Assembly: GCA_963578625.1 (NCBI GenBank)
Contig: CAUZEO010000004.1
Span: forward strand, 1-47,760
From: Kiritimatiellia bacterium
GTDB lineage: Bacteria; Verrucomicrobiota; Kiritimatiellia; SLOV01
Direction of reading: 5' to 3'
Length of the DNA: 47,760 nt
The first letter of the stretch is position 1. Each line of letters opens with the position of its first letter. A program made the translations under genes and the position numbers. The notes beneath the pieces were generated by a model. The model was not told the origin of the DNA. It did no database searches and saw only the letters and a program-made list of their open reading frames with translations. Of this stretch, positions 1-8,693 are shown in pieces.

Positions 1-1
1 C

Positions 2-694
2 GTCACAACCCGCCGCCACTGCAGCCCGGGCCAGGCAGGGAGCAAAGCGCCCGTCGCCTGATGACTCGGTGCCGCCCGCGCCCGGTCGCTGCACGCTGTG
101 GGTCGCGTCAAACACCACCGGGTACCCGGTCTCACGCAAGATCGGCAAGCTTCGCATATCCGCCACCAGGTTCTGGTACCCGAACGAGGCGCCCCGCTCG
201 GTTAGCACGATGCGCACACTGTTGGCGCTCTCGATCTTGGCCACGACGTTCCGCATATCTTCCGGCGCCATGAACTGCCCCTTTTTCACGTTCACAACTC
301 GCCCCGATTCAGCGGCCGCTAACAACAGGTCCGTCTGCCGGCAGAGAAACGCGGGAATCTGGATTACGTCCACCACTTCGGCCGCCAACGCCACTTCGAT
401 CTCACTATGCACATCCGTCAGCACCGGGAGTTCGTACCGGGACTTCACCTCGGCAAGAATTTCAAGACCTTTCGAAATGCCCGGCCCCCGGTACGACGTG
501 TGGGACGTCCGATTGGCCTTGTCATAAGAAGCCTTGAATACCAACGGAATCCCCTCGTCACGCGCAAGCGACGCAAGCCTTTTCGCAACCTTCAGGCAAA
601 GCTCCCGCCCCTCGATCACGCACGGGCCGGCGATAAGCAGCAAGGGGGATCCGCCGCCGATGCCATGAGGTCCAATTTTTACTTTTCTGGGCAT
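2..694 (-). CDS. kdsA: 3-deoxy-D-manno-octulosonate 8-phosphate (KDO8P) synthase, 3' end cut by the window edge
   Basis: Not in the ORF track because there is no stop in the window. Manual translation from ATG at 694 gives MPRKVKIGPHGIGGGSPLLLIAGPCVIE...FKASYDKANRTS...QIPAFLCRQTDLL...NVKKGQF...TERG...VFDATHSVQRPG, all KdsA signatures. It starts 2 nt after the kdsB stop. Confidence 0.95.
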   Translation of the reverse strand, partial: MPRKVKIGPHGIGGGSPLLLIAGPCVIEGRELCLKVAKRLASLARDEGIPLVFKASYDKANRTSHTSYRGPGISKGLEILAEVKSRYELPVLTDVHSEIEVALAAEVVDVIQIPAFLCRQTDLLLAAAESGRVVNVKKGQFMAPEDMRNVVAKIESANSVRIVLTERGASFGYQNLVADMRSLPILRETGYPVVFDATHSVQRPGAGGTESSGDGRFAPCLARAAVAAGCD

Positions 695-696
695 CG

Positions 697-1461
697 TTAC
701 GCCAGGGAGTCGGTTTCCAATCCGAGTTTGAGAAGCATTTCTTCAGCGCGTGCAATGTCTTCCGGGACATCGATTCCTATACCGGCGTGCTCGGCCTGAA
801 TCACCTTCATTCGGCATCCAATGTAGAGAGCACGGAGCTGTTCAAGCTTTTCGATGACCTCCAGTTCGCACGGAGGAGTGGCGACCAGTCGCTGCAGAAA
901 GGATGCGCGGTAACCGTACAATCCGACGTGCCGCCGGTAGGCGGGTTTCCCGGTGCCGTCCCGGTTGTGAGGAATGCAGGCTCTAGAAAAATAGAGAGCG
1001 CCCCCCGACCGGTCGCAAACAACTTTGACAATAGAGGTTGAAGCCAGGTCGGAGGGCTCGGTAATCGGGGTGGCGGCAGTGGCCATGTCCCAGGCGTCGT
1101 CTTCCGAAAGTTGCTGGGCAATGGTGTCAATCAAACTCGGCTCGACGAGGGGTTCGTCACCCTGGATGTTGATGGCAATGTCGCATCCGACCCGCGCAGC
1201 GACTTCCGCCACCCGGTCCGTTCCTGAAGGGTGGCCGGCGTCCGTCATCATCGCCTCCGCGCCGGCCTCTTCGGCCGAATCAAAAATCTCCTGGTCATCC
1301 GTGGCGACGATGACCCGCTGCAATGAGCGAGCCTGCCGGGCCCGATCAATGACCCACCACAGAAGCGGGCGGCCGCACAGCGAAACCAGGATCTTTCCCG
1401 GAAACCGCGTCGCCAGTTTGCGGGCGGGGATTACGCCGATAATTTCATCCGATTCGGGCAA
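697..1461 (-). CDS. kdsB: 3-deoxy-manno-octulosonate cytidylyltransferase (CMP-KDO synthetase)
   Basis: Motifs IIGVIPARKLATRFPGK, HPSGTDRVAE, NIQGDEP, ALYFSR, RHVGLYGY and EKLEQLRAL. Likely start is TTG at 1461 with GGAGG 6 nt upstream. The track start at 1587 overlaps the upstream gene too far. Confidence 0.93.
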   Translation of the reverse strand: MPESDEIIGVIPARKLATRFPGKILVSLCGRPLLWWVIDRARQARSLQRVIVATDDQEIFDSAEEAGAEAMMTDAGHPSGTDRVAEVAARVGCDIAINIQGDEPLVEPSLIDTIAQQLSEDDAWDMATAATPITEPSDLASTSIVKVVCDRSGGALYFSRACIPHNRDGTGKPAYRRHVGLYGYRASFLQRLVATPPCELEVIEKLEQLRALYIGCRMKVIQAEHAGIGIDVPEDIARAEEMLLKLGLETDSLA

Positions 1462-2446
1462 GAAGATCCTCCGGGGAACAACACGCGGTTCCCAGTTTTC
1501 CGACGACGACACCGGCCGCATAATTTGCCAGCGCCGCCGCTTCACGCAGGGTGGCGCCGGACGCAATGGAGAGCAGGCAGGTGGCAATCACCGTATCTCC
1601 GGCGCCACTCACGTCAAACACTTCGCGGGCATGCGTCGGCACATGGAACGGCAGACTGTCGTTGGTCACCAGCAGCATCCCGTGGGGGCCCAGGGTAATC
1701 AGAAGCGCCCGCGGACGCCACGATTCCCAGAGCCTGGCAGCAACGTTATGTAGAGGCCCATCGGCCAGCGGGTCATCCTCCGGGGTGCCCTCGGGAGAGC
1801 CGGACAGCCCGAATGCTTCCTTGCGGTTGGGTGTGACGACGGTAACGCCGTCCACACGCAGCAAGCGTCCCTCCTTGGGGTCATACCCGACCGGGATTCC
1901 CGCATCGCCCGCCATTCCAAGCAGGGAATCCACGAGCAGTTGCGTAAGAGCCCCTTTCCCATAGTCTTCTAGTATGATTCCCGACGCACCGGCGGCACTG
2001 CGAGTCGCGGCATCTCGCAACTCTGCGCCAAGGGTTTCCGAAAGCCCGCCCGTCTCCTCCCGGTCGATTCGTACGATCTGCTGGCGTTCCGCGATAATGC
2101 GTGTCTTGACCGTGGTCTGGCTCTCCCCGTTCCTAATAATGCCGCCGACGTCGATGTCCCGGGCCTCGAGTACGCGCCTGAGTTCATCCCCGGCCGGGTC
2201 TACGCCGACGACGCCGGTCATTATCGCTTGCCCCCCAAGCGCCCGGATGTTCAAGGCCACATTGGCAGCGCCCCCCGGCATTGCCTGCTCACGGCATACC
2301 CGCACCACCGGCACCGGCGCCTCCGGAGAAATCCGGGAAACATCCCCATAGACATACCTGTCCAGCATCAGATCGCCGGCGACCAGGATTCGTTGCGAGC
2401 AAAAACCTCCTACAATCTCTTGCGCGCGCGACCGGGTTAGATCCAT
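1445..2446 (-). CDS. rfaE1: D-glycero-beta-D-manno-heptose-7-phosphate kinase (stand-alone RfaE1/HldE kinase domain, PfkB family)
   Basis: Motifs GDLMLDRY, RISPEAPVPVV, PGGAANVA, DYGKG, TPNRKEA and DVSGAGDTV. No C-terminal adenylyltransferase domain. Lies in an operon with kdsB/kdsA. Confidence 0.92.
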   Translation of the reverse strand: MDLTRSRAQEIVGGFCSQRILVAGDLMLDRYVYGDVSRISPEAPVPVVRVCREQAMPGGAANVALNIRALGGQAIMTGVVGVDPAGDELRRVLEARDIDVGGIIRNGESQTTVKTRIIAERQQIVRIDREETGGLSETLGAELRDAATRSAAGASGIILEDYGKGALTQLLVDSLLGMAGDAGIPVGYDPKEGRLLRVDGVTVVTPNRKEAFGLSGSPEGTPEDDPLADGPLHNVAARLWESWRPRALLITLGPHGMLLVTNDSLPFHVPTHAREVFDVSGAGDTVIATCLLSIASGATLREAAALANYAAGVVVGKLGTACCSPEDLLARIG

Positions 2447-3349
2447 CTAGTGTCTACGCCTCCGGGTAGCAGTTGTCTTTTTCAACCCTTTTTCGGCGCG
2501 CTTCGTCACCCAAATATCCTCGCCCGGTCCTGTTACTTCCTTCAGCTTCAGTACCACGCTGGCTACGGGGACCTTGATCGTCGCTTTGGTAATCAGCCGC
2601 CGGTCGTCTTCGGACACCCATAGCCTCATCTTCCCTTTTCTCACAAACAAGCCGTCGAATTCAGCTTCGGGCTCAAGCAGGACCGTTTCTACTTTTCCGA
2701 TCCGGGATACCCTGACGAGCTCCTTCTTCAGTGACTTTACGTACAAATTGTAGAGTTTCTCATCCGCCATGACCCCGAATTCTTGCTCGGACCCCACGGG
2801 AAAAGTGCTGCCGCGCATCGAATACATGAATGAGATGAGGTCACGCGTATCCTCATCAATCTCGTACTGGCGAGACGTCTCGTCCCTGCGATTCTCCAAG
2901 GTGGCGATCCCGTTGACATGGTCGAACGTCGTCACCTCGTGGCAACGATACCGACCCTCACTCAAATGTTTGGTGAAACGGATGGGCAAAAACGTCTCCG
3001 GGTCGACGATACTCTCGAGCAGGTCATCTACCGGGTAAACAGTACTGATGGCGGCGTTCGATTTGGTCCGAAATCGAATGGCAACAAACTTCCGGCCCTC
3101 CTCTTCGACCCACTCGGAAGATGCCGTAGTCCGGGCCACCACGACCCCCGCCCAAGTGACGTTATATCGAATGGTCTCCCCGACCGGAAAACAGAGCCCG
3201 CCCCACGCCTCAAAACTGTTTGTAGAAACAGGAGTTCCAAAAACAGGAATAAAAAAAGCGAACAAGCACCCCAGAATCGCAAAAACGCGACAGTTCGGGC
3301 GGGGTCCGCCTCTCGTCGTACGTTTGAATTGTTTATTCTCAGCGCTCAT
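2447..3349 (-). CDS. DUF3108-type exported beta-rich protein
   Basis: Hydrophobic N-terminal segment, GETIRYNVTW..., YPVDD..ES..D, D.ISFMYSMR and a C-terminal LWVSEDDRRL...IKVPVASVVLKL pattern typical of DUF3108. Abuts the rfaE1 start. Exact start uncertain. Confidence 0.7.
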   Translation of the reverse strand: MSAENKQFKRTTRGGPRPNCRVFAILGCLFAFFIPVFGTPVSTNSFEAWGGLCFPVGETIRYNVTWAGVVVARTTASSEWVEEEGRKFVAIRFRTKSNAAISTVYPVDDLLESIVDPETFLPIRFTKHLSEGRYRCHEVTTFDHVNGIATLENRRDETSRQYEIDEDTRDLISFMYSMRGSTFPVGSEQEFGVMADEKLYNLYVKSLKKELVRVSRIGKVETVLLEPEAEFDGLFVRKGKMRLWVSEDDRRLITKATIKVPVASVVLKLKEVTGPGEDIWVTKRAEKGLKKTTATRRRRH

Positions 3350-3798
3350 CTAAAACACACCGACCGCGCCGCTCCTCATGTCACCTTGTATCAAGAGTTT
3401 CTCCCGATGTCGACATGTCTTACCTTCAGACTTGACGATGACTGGAATGTTCATCACTAGGACGTATCGCATCCTCTCTTATTCAACCGTTCGCGAATTA
3501 CCCATTTTGCCGGATATTTATCGAGTTCGCGGCGAATTGGGCATGCATCTCGCTGAATTCGGAAGGCGCAGTTCAACCGGAGGAACATAGCGGCATGAGG
3601 CAACATCGGCAAGGCGGGCTGAATAGAAACACGATTATCACCCTGCAAAGCCAACGTCGTGTATGCCGGCGGCTCTTTCGCAAAGCCCTACCTGGGGATA
3701 GGCAAAGACGGAGAAATCGTCTGCCTGACTTTTAACTTCGGATTTCTGTAAAAATTGATCCTGATCAAGCCATGTCGGCCATTCGGCGCCAGAGGCAA

Positions 3799-4956
3799 TC
3801 ATTCGGATCGGCGGAGTTGCGTCGTCAACTTTTCGAACTCCCGCTTGACTTCGAGATTCTCGAACGGACGCAACGTAGGAACCTGAAGCTCAAATAGAAG
3901 TTCGAAAAGATCCTCGCTTGAGTTCATGACGCGCAGCAGGTCTCCCGATATTTTCACGGTCTCGTAGGTGTTTTGCGCTACCGAGAGGTTCTCGCGCAAT
4001 TTGTCACGCGCTTCGTCAAGCCCCCCGCGCTGCTGCACCAGGTAATCTCGATACAGCGTTGCCGCCTCGAGAGCAAACTCCTGCGCCGCAACATTCCCAC
4101 CGAGCGCTTCCAGATGTTCTTCGGCGGCACCTTCCAGCAGGGATCTTGTCTTCGTGATCAGAACCCGTGTGCGTGTATCGATGTCGTCGATCTCAGGGAT
4201 ATAGAGTTGATCGATTTCCGAAATTGCCGAATCGTAGATAGCCGCCAACGCTTTGAGCAGCACCGTGTACATTCCGTAGTACCTACGGGCCGTCTCCATG
4301 TTCTCGAGACTTTCACCGGTCAGCGCCTCGAGTTGGCCGGTAATATTCTTCACGTTCTGAAAGGCAATTCCGATATCGATGACAGTGTCTCCAACCACGG
4401 TGCTCAGAAGAAAATCGAGCTGGTCACGGGACAGGTCGATGCCGGACGCCTTTACTTCCTTTGCGAAGCGCGTTTTCGCGTCTCGGATTTCGCTGTCCCG
4501 ACCGCGAATGGATTCGCGTAACTTTTCCATCTGGTTGTCAATCCGCTTGACTGTCTCTCCGATGAGGGCGTCTTCCGGCGCGGAGATCCTGCGCTCACGA
4601 AGCGCAGAGATTTTGGCTTCATCCTCGGCATTGCGCTCCTGCATGGCCGCAAGTTCAACGCGCAGTCCCTGCACCGGGGAGATCGCGAGGATCTCGGTCA
4701 CCTCGTCCAGCAAGGCTTCAATCCGTTCCTGGTTATCTCCCCGATCTGTTCGAAACACAGCCCAACGAGGAAGGTCTTTGTGACGGTCCTCCAAAACGCG
4801 CACTTCTTCGAGGTTTGGGATGATTCCGTCCCAGATATCGGGGTTCACATCGACCTCGGCGGCGCGCGCATATAGGACCGGCGGAAGGAATAGGAAAACC
4901 ACCGTCATCCGGAACGCGGCGGGAATACGACAGAGTGGATCCAAGAGGCATAACAC
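3799..4956 (-). CDS. hypothetical exported all-alpha/coiled-coil protein
   Basis: 385-aa ORF with a signal-peptide-like segment (MTVVFLFLPPVLYA, possible start 4908) and long heptad-rich helices. No catalytic motif recognised. Confidence 0.75.
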   Translation of the reverse strand: MLCLLDPLCRIPAAFRMTVVFLFLPPVLYARAAEVDVNPDIWDGIIPNLEEVRVLEDRHKDLPRWAVFRTDRGDNQERIEALLDEVTEILAISPVQGLRVELAAMQERNAEDEAKISALRERRISAPEDALIGETVKRIDNQMEKLRESIRGRDSEIRDAKTRFAKEVKASGIDLSRDQLDFLLSTVVGDTVIDIGIAFQNVKNITGQLEALTGESLENMETARRYYGMYTVLLKALAAIYDSAISEIDQLYIPEIDDIDTRTRVLITKTRSLLEGAAEEHLEALGGNVAAQEFALEAATLYRDYLVQQRGGLDEARDKLRENLSVAQNTYETVKISGDLLRVMNSSEDLFELLFELQVPTLRPFENLEVKREFEKLTTQLRRSE

Positions 4957-4995
4957 GGTGAAACCCTGGGCAAAGAAGCTCGGAATCTCAAGACC

Positions 4996-5073
4996 AATAT
5001 CGAATGGTCAATTTCGAATGTCCGAGGGAAGAGATCCTTCAATGTCCACATTGGACATTGAGTATTCGATATT
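4996..5073. repeat. 7-bp-period palindromic array (AATNTCS units, then their reverse complement)
   Basis: aatatcg-aatggtc-aatttcg-aatgtcc (4996-5023) ... aatgtcc-acatt-ggacatt-gagtatt-cgatatt (5041-5073). Intergenic. Confidence 0.8.
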
Positions 5074-5085
5074 CGTGTCCCGAAA

Positions 5086-6420
5086 TCAGCTCCGCGAATC
5101 GAAAAGGCTCAGGATCGATTCCATGTGCTCTTCCGGGGTCTTGATATCCCACGATTCGAAACAACTGAAGGTGGCTCCCAGGCTTTCGATGCTGGGTTGG
5201 CCCCCCCGCTCGAACGGTCCGGCAATGCCCGCCATCCACCCTTTTTCAGCCGCCCACTTCGGCTCGCTGGTACGGAATCGGAACAGGTAAATCTCGTAGG
5301 TGCCGCCGGGACCGTCTTCGTCCTGCTCGAAGGGCTCGACGTGCATCAGCTCAACTTCATCGGGGGCTCGGCCCAATTCGGCCGGATACATCAGCCAGTT
5401 CACCATGTCTGATTCGGCAAAGGCATCCTGGGTTCCGAATTCGACCGGAAACAAATCGAGTCGGTGCAGGTCGCTGAGGCGCTCGTAGAGCAGATTGCAG
5501 GTCTCGGAGGACTGCGCGGCGGGGATCCACGTCTGTAGCCCCGGCTCCATCCCGTGACGGACGAGGGAGATCAGTGCAAATAAGCGCAGGCGCGGATCCG
5601 GTGATTGCTCTGCTTGCATCAGTTCAGCAACCACCGATTCGGATCGGACGTAGCCCATCAAGTCCAACAGAAGGGCGGCCTTGAACCGGGTGGAAGCGTA
5701 CCCGTCCTCCCACACCCACTGCGGTCCTTCCCTCGGCTCGGCCTTGTCCAGGTCGGTTCGAAGTTCGAGATAGTCCTGAAGAAGCTGACCGGTCACAGCG
5801 CACAATCCATTGGCGTCCAGCATCCCTTCCTGGCAGTAGCGCAGCGCCACGCTCCAGACGGACTGGCTGTGCGTTGGTTCAGGCAGATAGGTAAACAGTC
5901 CCGGGAAATAGATATCCGGGAATCGCGGGACCTCAAGCAGGGGAGCCACGGGAAGCACGGCAAACCCGTGTTCGCGCATCGCGGTGCGCATCAGGTCCAT
6001 GTAGACATAGGCGGAACCGCGGTCGTGGATCGAGGCAAGCAGCGACAGCGCTTCCCAGCGGGCTTCCTCCGAATACACGGCAAAGCATTCGCGAATGACG
6101 TTTACATAAGTGGGATCAGGATTACTGCCTGCCGCCTCGACGAGCAATGTGTCGAAGCCATGCCTGGCAGAATCACACCGCGGAGGGAAGGTCTGTGCCG
6201 CCCACTGAAGCGCTTCGATCCCCTCGCGTCGCGTTACCCCCTGCTCCGTCCAATTCGCGAGGTCGAGCGCAGCTTTCTCCCGCAGTTCCCCGTTTATATG
6301 CTGCAGGGCGGTAAGCGTTTTCTGAAAAAGGGACGATTGGTCCCTCACCGCCTCACGAGTGAGGCGGTGGAGCTCCACCCACTCCCTTACTAGACTAGTG
6401 AGGACGAAAATCAGGTGCAT
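5086..6420 (-). CDS. hypothetical alpha-solenoid (HEAT-like) protein with a distinct C-terminal alpha/beta segment
   Basis: 444-aa ORF with HEAT-like segments (ARWEALSLLA, DPRLRLFALISL). C-terminal WLMYPAELGRAPDE...YLFRFR...GWMAGIAGPF. Confidence 0.7.
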   Translation of the reverse strand: MHLIFVLTSLVREWVELHRLTREAVRDQSSLFQKTLTALQHINGELREKAALDLANWTEQGVTRREGIEALQWAAQTFPPRCDSARHGFDTLLVEAAGSNPDPTYVNVIRECFAVYSEEARWEALSLLASIHDRGSAYVYMDLMRTAMREHGFAVLPVAPLLEVPRFPDIYFPGLFTYLPEPTHSQSVWSVALRYCQEGMLDANGLCAVTGQLLQDYLELRTDLDKAEPREGPQWVWEDGYASTRFKAALLLDLMGYVRSESVVAELMQAEQSPDPRLRLFALISLVRHGMEPGLQTWIPAAQSSETCNLLYERLSDLHRLDLFPVEFGTQDAFAESDMVNWLMYPAELGRAPDEVELMHVEPFEQDEDGPGGTYEIYLFRFRTSEPKWAAEKGWMAGIAGPFERGGQPSIESLGATFSCFESWDIKTPEEHMESILSLFDSRS

Positions 6421-6553
6421 GGCCGCGATTCAAATTTGTTGCTCCGCAAGTCCGTGCAAAACAATACAGGATGCGCAACGGAACAATACACACGGTTAGA
6501 GAACCACAGATTTGATATTGTTCAATCCGAAATCGCGGTTCAGGCCATTTTTG

Positions 6554-7594
6554 TCAAGAATGGGAAGATTTCAGGGGGACCAGGAGCTGGTGACGGTACA
6601 GGAGGCGAATCATTTCAACGTCCAGCCTGTGACCCGCCTTGTAAGACGTCACCCGCCCCACGAAGCGGCCATCCTCAATCAGGGCCAGCGCCGCGCACAA
6701 ATCGAGCGCCGACCGGTGCCAGACTGCTTCGAGCGATTTGCCCTCATGAACCAATTTCGGCTTGTTGAGATACCCGAACCGCCCGGCTACCAGAACATTT
6801 TCCCAGTTGTAGCCGAGGTTTCGAATATCCGCGAACACCTTCCCGATCGTCTTGCAGTAAAGCATCTTAAGCATCGTGGTGTTGGTGCGGGCCTCGGCGC
6901 CGTGCCGGAAATTTGGTCCGTCAACGTGATATCGAATTCGCTGCTCACCGATCGCGGTCTTAAAGTCGATAGCACAATCGATCGAGAGCGCCGGACGGTC
7001 CCCCTGAGGGGGTGAAATTGTGAGAAATCCGCCGCGTGAACCTCCGATGGTCACCGGTTCTTTGACGGTTACGTACGGAACCGGCAATTTCGACGAACGC
7101 GTTCCAGCTCCATCCAGCGCCTCCAGGATTTCGCGGCCGTACCTTGTTAACAGGGGGGGATCCCCGGATTCCGTTTTGATCATCAGGCTGTGGATTCCGG
7201 TCCCAAGTTTTAAGGCGATAATGTGCTCAACGAGCCGCACGTAATTGGAGGGCGCGCCACTGCGCAGCACGATATTGCTGACCACCTGGCCCGTATTCCA
7301 AACGTTGCGGATCGACACTTTCACCGGAAGATCGTCCGCGAGGTCGGTTCGGTCAAACCACCAGCCCGGCGTTTCGCATGGCTCAAAACTCAGCGTGCGG
7401 GTGGCTTTTCCCAGAAATGTGCCCGGACCGGTGACTTCAACCGGCTTTTCGATGGTATTCCAGTACCTCGGCAATTCCGGCAAAGGTTCCCCCCAGAGAT
7501 CTAGGTCAATGGGTACACGGCGAAACGCTTCGTACGAGGCACGAATGCGTTCAGATTCCCCCTCGAGAACCAGTCCAATGGGATCTTCATCCAT
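6554..7594 (-). CDS. divergent UDP-3-O-acyl-N-acetylglucosamine deacetylase (LpxC)-like protein
   Basis: TIEKPVEVTGPGTFLG (LpxC N-terminus), LVEHIIAL (catalytic E and Zn-H), AEARTN, WHRSALDL (variant of HKxLD) and YKAGH. About 45-aa N-terminal extension. Confidence 0.75.
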   Translation of the reverse strand: MDEDPIGLVLEGESERIRASYEAFRRVPIDLDLWGEPLPELPRYWNTIEKPVEVTGPGTFLGKATRTLSFEPCETPGWWFDRTDLADDLPVKVSIRNVWNTGQVVSNIVLRSGAPSNYVRLVEHIIALKLGTGIHSLMIKTESGDPPLLTRYGREILEALDGAGTRSSKLPVPYVTVKEPVTIGGSRGGFLTISPPQGDRPALSIDCAIDFKTAIGEQRIRYHVDGPNFRHGAEARTNTTMLKMLYCKTIGKVFADIRNLGYNWENVLVAGRFGYLNKPKLVHEGKSLEAVWHRSALDLCAALALIEDGRFVGRVTSYKAGHRLDVEMIRLLYRHQLLVPLKSSHS

Positions 7595-7751
7595 GAATGA
7601 CGTCTCGTAACCGAATTCTCACTGTCGTGTCCTATCCCACCAAATAGAGCTGATTGGGGGGCAGGACACTAGGCCAACAACTCACGACACACAACCGCAA
7701 CCTCCGGTTTCCACGTTGCCTGACGGGGACCGTTATCCTATACGGAGCGCA

Positions 7752-8693
7752 ATGGATTGGAAGAAATTCTTCGATTCGCTGGGGTTGAACGGCACGCAAT
7801 GGCAGTGGCGGATCATCCGCTGGCAAAACCGGTGGGAGAACTTCAAGGCCAACTTGTGGGGCAAAAAGCAGGTCGTATCCTACCAGCATAAGTTCTGCAG
7901 GGAATGCGGCGGCCTGCTCGACCGGGACGAAACAGAATGCCCCAAATGCGGCACAAAAGCGGAATCCTGGCGAAAACAATCCTGCTCGAGAATGGTGGGC
8001 TTGATCATGCCCCGCGCCTGTATCGCTACTCCCTGCCTGCTGGTATTCAACATCGGCGTAATAATCGTCATGATCCGCCTGTACGGCATCCCGATGCTTT
8101 TAAACCCCACTACCGAGGCGCTGTTTGCGATGGGCGGATTCTTGCCCCCGGCCTTCCTCAGCGGTGCCTGGTGGGAAATCATCACCTATGGATTTAACCA
8201 CGGCGGAATGATGCACATTGCTTTTAATATGATTGCTCTTTCCCAGGTCGGTCCCCTCCTTGAAGACGAGCTTGGCACCGCGAGATTTTACTCGGTGTAC
8301 ATGATCACCCTTGTTGCCGCAATGGCGCCGCACCTGATCCTGCATGCAAACGCCGTCATCCTCGTAGTCGGCGCATCCGGGGCACTATTTGGCCTGATCG
8401 GATTCGGCATCACCTACTGTCACTTCTCCGGCGGATTTCTACGTAGCACATATCGCGGCTTCTTCATTAAATGGAGCATTTACGGCTTCCTTTTCGGAAT
8501 TGCCTTTCATGCGGACAATTTCGCTCACCTGGGCGGCCTGATTGCCGGAGCCGTGCTGGGATTTTTAGTCGAGCGGGAACGGGCGAACCGCAGCCGGTTT
8601 ACCCCGTTCTGGAAATTGCTGTCTACCTTCTGGGTCATTGCGACCATCGCTGCATTCGTGGGACTCTATGCCGCAAACACCGCATCTCAATGA
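7752..8693 (+). CDS. rhomboid-family intramembrane serine protease with N-terminal zinc ribbon
   Basis: CREC...CPKC ribbon, WWEIITYGFNHGGMMHIAFNM, catalytic VGASGALFGL and HLGG. Start at ATG 7752 preceded by GGAG. Confidence 0.9.
   Translation: MDWKKFFDSLGLNGTQWQWRIIRWQNRWENFKANLWGKKQVVSYQHKFCRECGGLLDRDETECPKCGTKAESWRKQSCSRMVGLIMPRACIATPCLLVFNIGVIIVMIRLYGIPMLLNPTTEALFAMGGFLPPAFLSGAWWEIITYGFNHGGMMHIAFNMIALSQVGPLLEDELGTARFYSVYMITLVAAMAPHLILHANAVILVVGASGALFGLIGFGITYCHFSGGFLRSTYRGFFIKWSIYGFLFGIAFHADNFAHLGGLIAGAVLGFLVERERANRSRFTPFWKLLSTFWVIATIAAFVGLYAANTASQ

Noticed and set aside
1440-1448. Apparent frameshift at the kdsB start: ATG AAA TTA overlapping the rfaE1 stop would give MKIIGVIPAR if one A were added
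   Set aside because: An in-frame TTG at 1461 with a well-spaced GGAGG gives an intact protein (MPESDEIIGVIPAR), so no frameshift is needed.
3695-3730. GGCAAA..GAAA hairpin resembling a c-di-GMP-I riboswitch P2 stem
   Set aside because: It lacks the following GACGCAAAG/P3 elements and there is no downstream gene on that strand.
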